In this document: piece after piece, positions 1-13,847 of the stretch
Numbering within the stretch: the first letter of the stretch is position 1
How the letters are laid out: the number at the start of each line of letters is the position of its first letter
Source: Octopus vulgaris
Lineage: Eukaryota
DNA: 64,000 nucleotides
Direction: 5' to 3'
Assembly (NCBI GenBank): GCA_951406725.2
Contig: OX597818.1
Span: 4,340,001 to 4,404,000 of the forward strand
Translations under genes and position numbers: made by a program
The notes under the pieces: generated by a model
Told to the model about the DNA's origin: nothing
What the model saw: only the letters and a program-made list of their open reading frames with translations
The model's database searches: none

Positions 1-327
1 ATATATATACACATACCCATGTACGTACACACAAATACACATATACATACATATATATACATACATGTATACACACTCGCACATATATATACATACACAC
101 ATATATACACATGCATATACATGCACACACATACACACACATTTTTATTCTCTTATTTTAATTTTATTATTACTACTTTTGTTTATATCTTTATTTTTAT
201 CTTGACCTCGGTCAGCCGGTCTCAAGGGATGATCTAAAGAGTCCGTTTATCTATCTACTCACTGATACGAACGCAAGCACTCACTCACGCCCACACACTC
301 ACACGTACACACATACTCATACGCACA

Positions 328-960
328 CACACGTGTTATATTCATACACGCATACATCTACATACATTCACGTATATTCACATACGTACACGTACCTACT
401 GATTCATATCTACACGCATACACATACATACCTCAATACACCCACAGAAGACTAGTCCATACATATACACTAATTAATATATATACACATATACATATAC
501 ACATACATATATATACATACACATATACATATATATACATATATATACATATACATATACATACACATATACATTCATACATATATACACATACACACAC
601 ACATATATATATATATATATGCGTACACATACACACACACACACACGCATCTATATATACACATAAGTACATACATGCATAAATGTATACATATGTCTAT
701 ACATATGCATACACATCCACACACACACGCGCCTCCTTATGTTCATAAATACATACATGCATACAGGCATATACATATATACATACATGCATACTCAAAT
801 AGTAATAATAAATATATATACGTGCAGTTACCCATTATACAGACGGATACATACATATAAACATACCCATATATACCTATTTACACATATGTATATATAC
901 ATACATACATACACACATAACTCTACATACCTACATATACATAAACAGACAAGCGTACAC

Positions 961-997
<37 letters not shown>

Positions 998-1107
998 CAC
1001 ATACATATATACATATATACACACACATACACACACATATATATACATTTACACACACATTTACACATATATATATACACATACACATACATATACATAT
1101 ATATATA

Positions 1108-1151
<44 letters not shown>

Positions 1152-1321
1152 AGCACATACATGCATAAATGTATACATATGTTTATACAAATGCATGTAT
1201 GTATTTATGAACATAAGTGTGTGTGTGGATGTGTATGCATATGTATAGACATATGTATACATTTATGCATGTATGTACTTATGTGTATATATATATGCGT
1301 GTGTGTGTGTGTGTATGTGTA

Positions 1322-1366
<45 letters not shown>

Positions 1367-1629
1367 ATGTGTATATATGTATGAATGTATATGTGTATGT
1401 ATATGTATATATATGTATATATATATGTATATGTGTATGTATATGTATGTATGTGTATGTATGTGTATATGTGTATATATATTAATTAGTGCATATGTAT
1501 GAACTAGTCTTCTGTGGGTGTATTGAGGTATGTATGTGTATGCGTGTAGATATGAATCAGTAGGTACGTGTACGTATGTGAATATACGTGAATGTATGTA
1601 GATGTATGCGTGTATGAATATAACACGTG
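328..1629. repeat. inverted duplication, ~435-bp arms (328-762 / 1191-1629)
   Basis: Non-periodic anchors such as gtacctactgattcatatc and cccacagaagactagt recur reverse-complemented at 1503-1570. Confidence 0.85.
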
Positions 1630-1630
1630 C

Positions 1631-1775
1631 GTTGAGCAAATCGACCCCAGGACTTATTCTTTGTAAGCCAAGTACTTATTCTATCGGTCTCTTTTGTCGA
1701 ACCGCTAAGTGACGGGGTCATGAACACACCAGCATCGGTTGTCAAGCGATGTGGGGGGACAAACACAGACACACA

Positions 1776-1825
<50 letters not shown>

Positions 1826-1995
1826 CATATACACGACAGACTTCTTTCAGTTTCTGTCTACCAAATCCACTCACAAGGCTTTGGTCGGCCCGAGGCTATA
1901 GTAGAAGACAGCCCAAAGTGCCACGCAGTAGAACTGAACCCGGAACCATGTGGTTGGTAAACAAGCTACTTACCACACAGCCACTCCTGCGCCTA
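1631..1995 (-). mobile_element. tRNA-derived SINE with internal microsatellite
   Basis: A/B-box-like head aggcgcaggagtggctgtgtggtaag...ggttcagtt; second copy at 51176-51581. Confidence 0.85.
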
Positions 1996-2898
1996 TGTAT
2001 ATATATATATATATACACACACACATATATACACATATATATACATATATATTTACATATATCTATATATACATACATATATATATACATATACATACAT
2101 ATACATACATATACACAAACATATATATATACACACATATATATATACATATATATTTATATATACATACATACATACATATATACACATACATATATAT
2201 ATATACATACATATATATATACATACTTTCCTTCTCTTTTCCATTGACAATCCTTTCAGATACACAGGCACCCCCCCACACACACACACACATACGCACA
2301 CACACACATACGCACACACACACATACGCACACTCTCTCTCTCTCACCAGACAATGATAAAAAGAAATCTAGACAATTTTTTGAAAAATAACATTTATTG
2401 AAACAAGAACCCCCACTCCCCCACTTGGAGTTGCGACTTGGTTTTACCATTTTTAAAGGCCAAGAATCACTTTCTATTGAAAGAACTGACCAGCTGTATA
2501 GAAGTAAACACATTTTTTCTTCTTTCTCTCTTCCTTCTTCCTCTCCTTCTCTTTTCCATTGACACTTCTTTCAGATACAAAGGCACACACACACATACAC
2601 ATGCACTCTCTCTCACTTTCTCCGCATTCCACACCCTCTTTTACTATCCTGTATCTCTCTCCACCCCTACACACTCAATAATACTATAAAAAGAAACAAA
2701 TCTCCTGAAAAAATTCAATCTGAAGAATCATATATATATGATTTATAAAAACATGTGACATATTAATATAAATCTGTAAATTTAAAACCATCCAGATTTC
2801 TGAGTACCTTATTTCTTCTAATATATAATATCTGTACATCACCTCCAAACCTTCTAATATATACATACATATTTACACATACATATATATATATATAT

Positions 2899-2960
<62 letters not shown>

Positions 2961-2965
<5 letters not shown>

Positions 2966-3457
2966 GATGTGTGTATTTTTCCCTTGTTAACAGTTAACAC
3001 GGAAAAATTAGATAGATAGTTAGTAGGGTAGCAAAAAATCACACAAGTAAAAAGGTTGTAATTCCTTGTTTTTAAAGGTAGAGACTTTGGGTTTACGTGA
3101 AATTTTTGTATAATATATAAATTAATAAATGGAGTTTAACGCACGTGTAATTCAAATTCTTTTACTTCCAACACATGTTTCGAAGATATCACTGATATTA
3201 TTCCAAAGGAATAAAATGGTGTAAAACAATGTAATCTTATCTTCAGGGAAGTGAAGAAATGAAACTTGTCAATAAGACATTTTAACAGAAAATGATGGAT
3301 ATGAATAGTGATTAACTGAACGCTATTAATATTGTTTCAAAAAACTTTATAGGATATAATGTTGACACTTTCAATGATAAGGCCGAATTTTATAACTCTG
3401 CCTTATTTAAAGCAGAGTTAAAGAATTTGAATTACACCTGCGTTAAACTCCATTTAT
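2961..3457 (-). mobile_element. non-coding foldback mini-PLE with hammerhead
   Basis: 38-bp inverted arms 3125-3162 / 3420-3457, unique tail 2961-3124, (TA)n flanks. Confidence 0.75.
3161..3255 (-). ncRNA. hammerhead ribozyme
   Basis: Minus: TTCACTTCC-CTGAAGA-tAAGAT...ATCTTc-GAAAC-ATGT-GTT-GGAAGTAAA; 8/9-bp stem I; first stem II pair mismatched. Confidence 0.75.
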
Positions 3458-3507
3458 CTATTTATATATACATACACATATATACAAACGTACATATATA
3501 TACATAC

Positions 3508-3540
<33 letters not shown>

Positions 3541-3629
3541 CATACATACATGTATATATATACACACATATATATATATACATACATATATATATACATA
3601 TATACATATATATATACATATATATATAC

Positions 3630-3735
<106 letters not shown>

Positions 3736-3751
3736 ATATATATATGTATGT

Positions 3752-3785
<34 letters not shown>

Positions 3786-3787
3786 GT

Positions 3788-3828
<41 letters not shown>

Positions 3829-3913
3829 TATGTATGTATATATATATATATGTATGTATATATATATATATGTATGTATATATATATATATGTATGTATA
3901 TATATATATGTAT

Positions 3914-4104
3914 GTATATATATTGTATATAAGAAAAAGGGACAAGCAACAGGTTGCTTGACCCTTTTTCTTATATACAATATATATACTGAACTTTACA
4001 GAAGTTCCTGCCGGTAATCGGCTATATTTACATACCGAATTCTACCAGTAAATAATAGTGGTTTTTTAAAAAACCTTTATAGAAATTATTTACTCTTATT
4101 ATTA
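3914..4104 (+). mobile_element. tiny hairpin + tail element in (TA)n
   Basis: 37-bp arms 3914-3950 / 3953-3989 with one mismatch, then ~115-bp tail containing atagtggtttt as in the other mini-PLE tails. Confidence 0.6.
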
Positions 4105-4144
4105 TATGTATGTATATATATATGTATGTATTTATATTATATTA

Positions 4145-4221
<77 letters not shown>

Positions 4222-4354
4222 TATATATATTATTATATATATATATATATTATTATATATATATTTATATATATATATTTATAAGAATGAATGTTTTTAT
4301 ATATAATGAACGTGAAATACAGGAAGGGACGAACACGGAACACAGACAAATCAT

Positions 4355-4675
<321 letters not shown>

Positions 4676-5386
4676 CGGGGCAACGAAGAATTATTTGAAA
4701 CAATGACTTAATTATCACAGATATACTTTTAAAAATAGAAATAGGAGTAATTCTACAGGGTTAAGTACATATATATGGGAACTTAAGGATAAAAAAATAA
4801 ATTATAATTTACAATGGAAGATACTAATATCAGCACCTTCGAATAATAATAAAAATAGAAAATGTTCATTATGCATTAATGAAACTTTCTTTCTAATTAG
4901 GGCTAATTTACTGATTATTAACAATTTTAAGGAACGTAATATCTCATGTCTTCATAAAATTGGGTATACTTTCTCCAGATATAAATAGTACTTATTATAA
5001 TCTACTCTTTGAACTCAATACAACTAGTTATAGTGAGCATATATAATGAAATATATATATATAGTAGTAGTTAAATTGTAATGAGTTGTGGATATATGGC
5101 TCTTTGTGTATTTGTGTATATGTGTGTAATGTGTGTATATGTCTGAGTATGTGTTTGTATATATAGGTGTATATATGTGTATATATATGTGCTTGTATCT
5201 ATATGTGCTTGTGTGTGTTTGTATGTCTATCCATATGTATATGCATACTAGTATACATTTGCATTTGTTGTTAAGTGGGAACTTATGTACTATGCATGTG
5301 TGCATGTACATGTCCACATGCATATACTTGGTTCTGGATTCATATATATATATGTGTGCATGTATGTGTATATATATGTAATATAT

Positions 5387-5428
<42 letters not shown>

Positions 5429-5709
5429 GTATGTATAAGTTTTCAATTATCGTTTTATGTTATTAATTATGTATATTAGGTCTTATAGGTAGGTCATTGT
5501 GTATGTATGTGTATATATATGTAGTCTAGATTATACTTATGTAGATATATGTGTTTTTATATATTTAAATTAGGATATATTAGTATCTTCCATTGTAAAT
5601 TATAATTTATTTTTTTATCCCATATATACCTGTAATTGTATTTTTATATGTGTGTGGATATTTTGCATATGTATGTGTATGTATGTATGTATACATATGT
5701 ATATATGTA

Positions 5710-5926
5710 CATCACGTGATCATGTGACCGATCAGACCATCAGCAGGCCAACAGAAGAAAGAGTGGTGAATGAGTACAGCAGGGATCACCACCCCCTGCC
5801 GGAGCGTCGTGGAGCTTTTAGGTGTTTTTGCTCAATAAACACTCACAACGCACGGCCAGGGAATCGAAACCGTGATCCTATGACTGCGAGTCCGCTGCCC
5901 TAACCACTGGGCCATTGCGCCTCCAC
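5710..5926 (-). mobile_element. tRNA-derived SINE
   Basis: Head tggaggcgcaatggcccagtggttagggc...gtttcgattcc; paralog at 34260. Confidence 0.85.
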
Positions 5927-5927
5927 A

Positions 5928-5958
<31 letters not shown>

Positions 5959-6461
5959 GTGTATGTGTGTGTGTGTGTATATATATATATGTGTGTGTAT
6001 GTGTGGCTGTGTGTGTTGAGTGGTATGTAAATATGTGCTTGCATATGTATATTTGTATGTAAGTATGTGTATATGGAGGTTCTTTGAGGATATATGTGTA
6101 TATATATTTATACTCATGTGTGGAAGAATATAATATGTGTATGTACATGTTTATGCATGTGAACGTATGGGTATATTTATATATGCATGTACATATATAT
6201 GTATGTATAAATATGTTATGTGTGGTTATATATGGGTATATATGTTTATCAGATAATATCGTATGTATGGATAATATAGTGTGTCTATACAAATGTATTT
6301 ATACACATAGGTAAGTTCTCGTTTATTTATTTAATTATTTAATAAATGTGTCGGGTATATAATTATTTTACTTATAATTAGTTTATTTATTTAATTGTAG
6401 ACCTAAATGTATATAAATATATGGATATGTGTTTGTATATATTGATGTGAAAATGTATGTG

Positions 6462-6497
<36 letters not shown>

Positions 6498-6501
<4 letters not shown>

Positions 6502-6785
6502 CATTATTGGTGAATTGAAGAAATGGAGCTGAACGCAGATTGAACAGAAATCGTTTTATTTCATTCAGTGAATGAAATAAAACGATTTCTGTTCAATCTG
6601 CGTTCAGCTCCATTTCTTCAATTCACCAATAATGTTTTAATTTCAATTATCCGCACCAACGCACGGTTGCAACACCATATGGTTGTACCTCCAACCGTGC
6701 TGTTTACTGCTGTGATTTTTGCTACTAAGGTATCGGTTAAACTTTTGATTAATCTACTACAAGATTAGTCATCTTTCTATTTCAC

Positions 6786-6790
<5 letters not shown>
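6498..6790 (+). mobile_element. foldback mini-PLE, family A
   Basis: Perfect 70-bp arms 6498-6567 / 6569-6638 around one base, then a tail nearly identical to 33215-33369. Confidence 0.85.
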
Positions 6791-6833
<43 letters not shown>

Positions 6834-7009
6834 GTAGGACTGTATATATGTATATATGTATCTGTGACTTTCTATAAGAATATATCAATATATATGTATG
6901 CATGTATATTTATGTATATGAGCGTGGGTATATATAAGTATATATTTGTATATTTCAACGGATATACGTTTATGGTATGTGATGTGTGTATGTATGTTTA
7001 TGTATGCAT

Positions 7010-7053
<44 letters not shown>

Positions 7054-7798
7054 CATATGGTTGGATTTTTATATGCTTTATTAAACTAATTATTCATGTA
7101 CTAACTTACACTTGTATTGCTTATTGTAAGAATTCTTTGTTTATGATAAATATCTAAAAGTTAATTTAAAGATATAAATTGTAAATGCGGGAGATTAACA
7201 TGGTTTATTTACTTAATCATTCAGTCTTCTATTAACTAACTGTAACTGAGACGTAGAAATTCAAATTTGTTAACCAATTAGATATAGCTTATGATTTAAA
7301 ATAATTGCTCCCTAACCCCCAATAGTTTTAAAACTCTAAAATATTAATATATAACATATAACATGGCTCTTATAGCTTATCTATCATATCTTAACAAATG
7401 TTTTATTATTATGAAATATTCTGTAAAAATATTCTGTGAAATCATATTAATTCGATGGATTAAAATATACATATAAGTATAATTTAACTTTGATGAAAAG
7501 AAAAAAAATCCTCATATTGGTATTGGTGTATATTTGTACGTATGTGTATATATGTACATGTTGCCCATACGCATGGACTTGTGTGTGTGAAGAAGAACAA
7601 TATTCTAACAGCCCTGGTCTAACTGTTTGTTTTTATATATATATTTGTATGGATTGTGGATTTAAAATTTATAAAATTAAATCTACCGTAACAAATTGTT
7701 TATATTGTATTGTAATATATGATATATTGGAATCCACTATAATATGTATTGTGAAGTGAAGATTACTCTAAATCTAATAATATTGTTATTATTGATAG

Positions 7799-7860
<62 letters not shown>

Positions 7861-8370
7861 GTAATAATAATAATAATACGTATTGAGAAGAGCATTGTCG
7901 ATGTGAGAACTATTACTATCCATGTATTTTAATTTAACTTAAAAAAAAATAAAATGAACGAACTAGTGAGTTTAGTTTAATGGCCTACCAATGTATACTA
8001 TGAGTTTCATTGCCCTAGGAGTCAAGAAGACACTCGGCAAGAAATGGAAGCAAATTTGAAAGAGGAAAAAAAAAAGATAATAATAATAATAATATTAGTA
8101 ATAATCGATTATTGTTTATGTAGTCATGAGCATAGACGTATGTACTGTATATGTTCCAATATATATGTATATGACAAATGGTCTATCTGCTTGGACCTAT
8201 CGTTTACTTGTGCTTATTTATGTATTTATACACATGTAAAGGTGTATATACTTTGCTTATGTATGTATATATGTATACGTGTATGTGTATATGAATATTT
8301 GTTTATATTTATATATATTAAATTGTATGTGTATCCTGTTTCATGTATTCATATTTTTAAAGTTCTTTAT

Positions 8371-8500
8371 AATCTTTGACGAGGCCTATATTATATATAA
8401 GTACCCTATTTTTAAATGCCTACAACCTCAATATAATTGACAACTATAGGCACTGGAAAAAAAACTACTTTTATCCATAGGCTGAAACACCTGTAAGAGT
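8371..8500 (+). ncRNA. degenerate hammerhead ribozyme
   Basis: TCT-TTGACGA-GGCCTAT...ATAGGCT-GAAAC-ACCT-GTA-AGA; C3 replaced by T without compensation. Confidence 0.6.
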
Positions 8501-8699
8501 GATTTTAATGATTTCAATAATTTATATTAAGATTTTTATAATTGTATTCTTATATTATATGTATTGAATTATAATGTATATATGTATGCTATTAAGGTTC
8601 TTGTTTTTGTTAAAAGAATAAATAAGTCCACATTCTAATATCCGAAAGCTGCTGAACCAACTAAATTGTTTCTCCATTTATTAATTTGTATTATATATG

Positions 8700-8743
<44 letters not shown>

Positions 8744-8862
8744 TATACATATATACACACACATATACATGCATACATATATATATAGATATATACATAT
8801 ATATACATTTACATATAAATATTTACACATATATATATATGCATCTGTACATACATATATAC

Positions 8863-8920
<58 letters not shown>

Positions 8921-9009
8921 GCATATATATATATACATTTACATATAAATATTTACACATATATATATATGCATCTGTACATACATATATACATATGTAT
9001 ACTTATATA

Positions 9010-9057
<48 letters not shown>

Positions 9058-9242
9058 TATATATATATACATATATACATATATATACATATACATACCT
9101 ATACCTACATATATATATTTACGCATTTATATATATATATATACATATATATACATACATATATATACATAAATATATATATTTAGATACATATATATAC
9201 ATATATATAAATACATATATATATATATACATACATATATAC

Positions 9243-9296
<54 letters not shown>

Positions 9297-9646
9297 GTAT
9301 ATATATATGTATGTATATATATATATATGTATATATATATGTATATATATGTATATATATATGTATATATATGTATATATATATGTATATATATGTATAT
9401 ATATATGTATATATATGTATATATATATGTATATATATGTATATATATATGTATATATATATGTATATATATATGTATATATACATATATGTGTATATAT
9501 ATATATATATATGTGTGTGTATATGTATATGTGTGTGTATATATGTGTGTATGTATATATATATATGTGTATATATATATGTATATATATGTATATGTAT
9601 GTATATATATATATGTATGTATATATATATATGTATGTATATATGT

Positions 9647-9679
<33 letters not shown>

Positions 9680-9742
9680 CATACATATATATATATACAT
9701 ACATATATATATATATACATACATATATATATATATACATAC

Positions 9743-9773
<31 letters not shown>

Positions 9774-9980
9774 CATATATACTACAAAATTAGAGAATGG
9801 AGAAACATACTTAAATCAGTAAAACATCAACTATCCGATGATACTCAATCCATACTTTAATACACCATTACATATGAGTAAAGGCAATATATAAAATGAA
9901 ATGAGATATACAGTAATAGTAAAAGTAAAAAGATAAAGAGATATAAGTAAAAAATTTCAAATATAATATGCAAATAAATC

Positions 9981-10096
9981 AAAACTGACAGCTGTTTCGG
10001 CAGTGAGGACAGTCATACCTCATTTAACCTATAAGCCATAAAGGCAGGTATAAATGAGGCATTAACAAGGATGCCCCACGGCCTCTTCAGAGAATT
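9981..10096 (-). ncRNA. hammerhead ribozyme, copy in the inverted pLTR
   Basis: Reverse complement of 15955-16071. Confidence 0.8.
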
Positions 10097-10434
10097 AAAT
10101 TAAATTTGTTATAATAGTGAAAAATATTATATAATCATATACATATAAATATAAAAATATAAAAATGTAAAATATAAAAACTTATACATCATAATGCTAC
10201 ACTTATATAATATAATACACATTTGTACAAAAAGGAAGGTAAACAGAACAAAATAAAACAAAATATATAACAGTGTATATATTAATATTAATAAGTACCG
10301 ATATTATACATATTTGGCTAATAGTTTTTTTTATAAAAAAAAAAGGGCTAACACATATGGAGATGAAAAATAATAATTAAATCCGTGGTACAGTTCATAA
10401 AATTCTAAAGCTATAAAAGTTAATAAAAATTACT

Positions 10435-10492
<58 letters not shown>

Positions 10493-11473
10493 TAATAAAA
10501 ATAGATACAGTTAAGTTAGCACCAAGTCCATCCTTTCAAGATCGAAATAACTATGAGTTAAGAAATGCTGACCACTAGGTAAAGAAAATTTAGATTAATT
10601 CGATTGGCTATTGGTTTGAAATTTAAATCACAAAAGAAAATTATACGGTTGGTTAGTCAGGGAACGCCAATATTCACACACGCATCTACAGATCAATCGC
10701 ACATACACACATAGTTATATGTATATACATACACTTATACACATACATAATCACAAGCAACAACTAGCACTTAGATAAACAAAAAGGGAAGCAACTATGC
10801 TAACATTTAGTCCTTCAAAATTATAACTGAGCCTCAATAACAAAAAAAGAACCATCCATGCATTCTATAAAATATTTAATTTAGATATAAATATATTTTT
10901 AAATATCAGTATGTTACTAATTCAGATAATTATTTCATGGGTAACTTAAAATTTATAACACCGGTTTGTTGCAGAGTAAACATACGGTTGTTAGGTTTAT
11001 CGTAAGTTTGTTATGATTTTAAGTACGCTAAATTATAAAATATAAAATATAAAATATATATTAATTTAAATATTATAAATAAGTCACTTATTAACTTAAT
11101 AAATATAGTGCCATAATATACCAGTTTAGGCATTAAAGAATAGAAGGGGAAGTATTAATGTAAACGCTTATGAGAACATCACAGAAATTTTAAATAAATT
11201 TTATATTATAAAGACTTAAGATGAAAAGAGATAAAATAAATAAAAAGGAATAAATACGAAGGAATAAATACGGTTATACACATAATTATAAGTACAAACT
11301 AGTATATATGTATTCATATATTATTAAAATTAAATAAAAATAAATGATAGATATGTATGTATAAAACTACACCAGTATAAGTAAATAAGTAAAAAATAAA
11401 TAGGTAACAAATTAGATGACTTGATATGTATGTAAACATCTACACTTAAATAGGCAAATAAATAAATAAATAC

Positions 11474-13847
11474 AAGGAAATAACCAAGAAATACAAAGTA
11501 GTACCTTCTAGTACACTTAGAAAACTGAACCTGGAGATCAGAGAAATCATATTTGACTACTACCTAGAAGAAAAAACGGAACCCTACACCCCATCCAGAC
11601 CGAGAATTACACTAAAGGATCATAAAGAGAATTTTCTTGGAAACACACAGGTCAGATTAATTTGCCCCACTAAATCTGACTTAGGCAGACTAAGTAAACT
11701 CATTCTAGACAAATATCTACCCACCATCCGCAATAAAATCAAACTAAACCTTTGGAAGAATACTCAGGGTGCTTTGGATTGGTTTTCTACCATTAAGGTC
11801 TGTGACAGTAACAACTTTAGCTATAATAGAAATAAATTTATACAATTCGATATACAGAATTATTACACTTCAATTAACCCTATTATATTAAATAAGTCCT
11901 TAATTTTTGCTAGAAAACACACTAAATTAAGTATGGGGGAGATTAAGGTTATACTAACAGCCAGGAAAACTTTAATAGAGTTTGATAATAAACTTTGGGC
12001 TAGAAAGGACACACCCAACTTGTTCGATATCACAATGGGATCGCCGGACTCAGCGGAGGTGACTGATCTAGTTGGGATGTATCTATTAGATAACTTTAGT
12101 AGGGAATTCCCTGAATTAAAAGGTGGATTATACAGGGATGACGCCTTATTTTGTGTTAGGAATACATCAAATAGGAGATTAGATCTTCTGAAAAAAAGAA
12201 TAAATAAATTTTTTAAAAGCTTCGGCCTATCCATTATCATTGAAAGTGAAAATTATTCTGCTAATTATTTAGATGTTAATTGTAACATTACTAATGGTTT
12301 ACATGAACCCTATATTAAACCTAATTCTAACCTAATATACATTAACCGTTCTAGTAATCACCCCCTCAAATTAAAAATGCACTAGTGCGTAGCATTAGTC
12401 AGAGAATTTCTAGTTTATCCTCAAACGAGGAAATTTTTAACAAACACTGTGATAGATACAATGCAGCATTACTTAAGGCAGGATATAAAAGTAAGATTTG
12501 GTTTATACCTAAGGGGAACCCCCTAATGGAGGTAGAACTATCAGGAACAACACAAATAGATTTAGGATAATCAACAATATACATAAGAATAGTAAAAATA
12601 GAATATATGATAACACCTATAATAAATGTAGAAGTGACGTTAACCTTGGAAAGGTGAACGGTAGCTCAAATAGATCTAAACATACGGGTAATAGTAGTAA
12701 TATTAATAATAATATACGAATTAAAACTTATGGTAGACATGATAATGGTAAAGTTTACTTGCGCAATAACCATGGTAATATTGATATAGATAGATATAAC
12801 AATGACAGTGGTAAGAATAGTAATCCTATGAGTTGGTCTACGAATAGGATTTTTACAAATAACATTAATTCTATAGGCAATCCTAATTCTGATAAGGATA
12901 CTCTTTGGTTGATTATCCCGTATGCAATGCAGATTAAAACAAACATAGTGAGAGCTTTGCATAATGTTATTTTTAGGCATTTTGGTAAGGATAGGAATAA
13001 ATTTAGTCCTTTAATTAACAACGGTACTGTTAGAGTGGGATATAGCATTACTCATAATCTAGCCACCATTATCTCCTCTTTTAATAACAAGAAACTGGAT
13101 CACTTCTATAAGGATAGAAAATTGAATTTAGACCAGGAAAACTTGCCCCTCTTCATTAATAATAGGAATAGAAATTTTCTTGGAACAAATGGGAACAACC
13201 TCCTTACTAATAATGAGTGCACCATACCTGTCAGAGATAATATAAATGTAATAGATCATACTACTACTACCAATACTAGTACTAGTGATAGGAATATAGT
13301 CGATAATGTGAAATTAACTCATTCGTTGATTTTGGGTTTGGATGATGATAACAATTGTAACACTTATAATGTGAATAGTAGTATAGGGGTGGTGTCCAAT
13401 CTTAGATTTCCTCATTCTGTTAATCTTTGTAATTGCAGAAATAAAAATAAATGTGTATTTGGTAATCAATGCCTCAGGAAGGAGGTAGTTTACCAATGCA
13501 CTGTAGATACACAATTGAGTAGTAGGGTGTATATCGGGGCAACTATGAATAGCATAAAACAAAGATGGAATTATCACAGATATACTTTTAGGAATAAAAA
13601 TAGAATGTACTCTACAGGGCTAAGTGCATACATTTGGGAACTTAAAAGTAAGAACTTAGATTTTAGATTAAACTGGAAAATACTAACTTCAGCACCTGTG
13701 TATAATGGAAAAAATAAAAAATGCTCTCTATGTATTAATGAAATTTTCTTCATTATTAAAGCGGGTCGGCAAATTATTAACAACATTAATGAGAAAAACT
13801 TCTTTTGTATTCATAGGCTACCGTTCACCTTTTCTAGATTCAAATAG
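11474..13847 (+). pseudogene. PLE reverse transcriptase + GIY-YIG endonuclease, frameshifted
   Basis: ITLKDHKENF..RLICPTKS, FDIQNYYTSI, FDITMGSPDSAEV, LYRDD, YINRSSNHP; then CNCRNKNKC, VVY..VYIGAT..KQRWNYH, CSLC..CIH. Frameshifts/stops near 12370-12650. Confidence 0.93.

Noticed and set aside
4700-4712. In-frame TGA in the PLE endonuclease fragment as possible selenocysteine
   Set aside because: It aligns to Arg (KQRW) in the paralog, not Cys; simple nonsense change, and no SECIS was seen.
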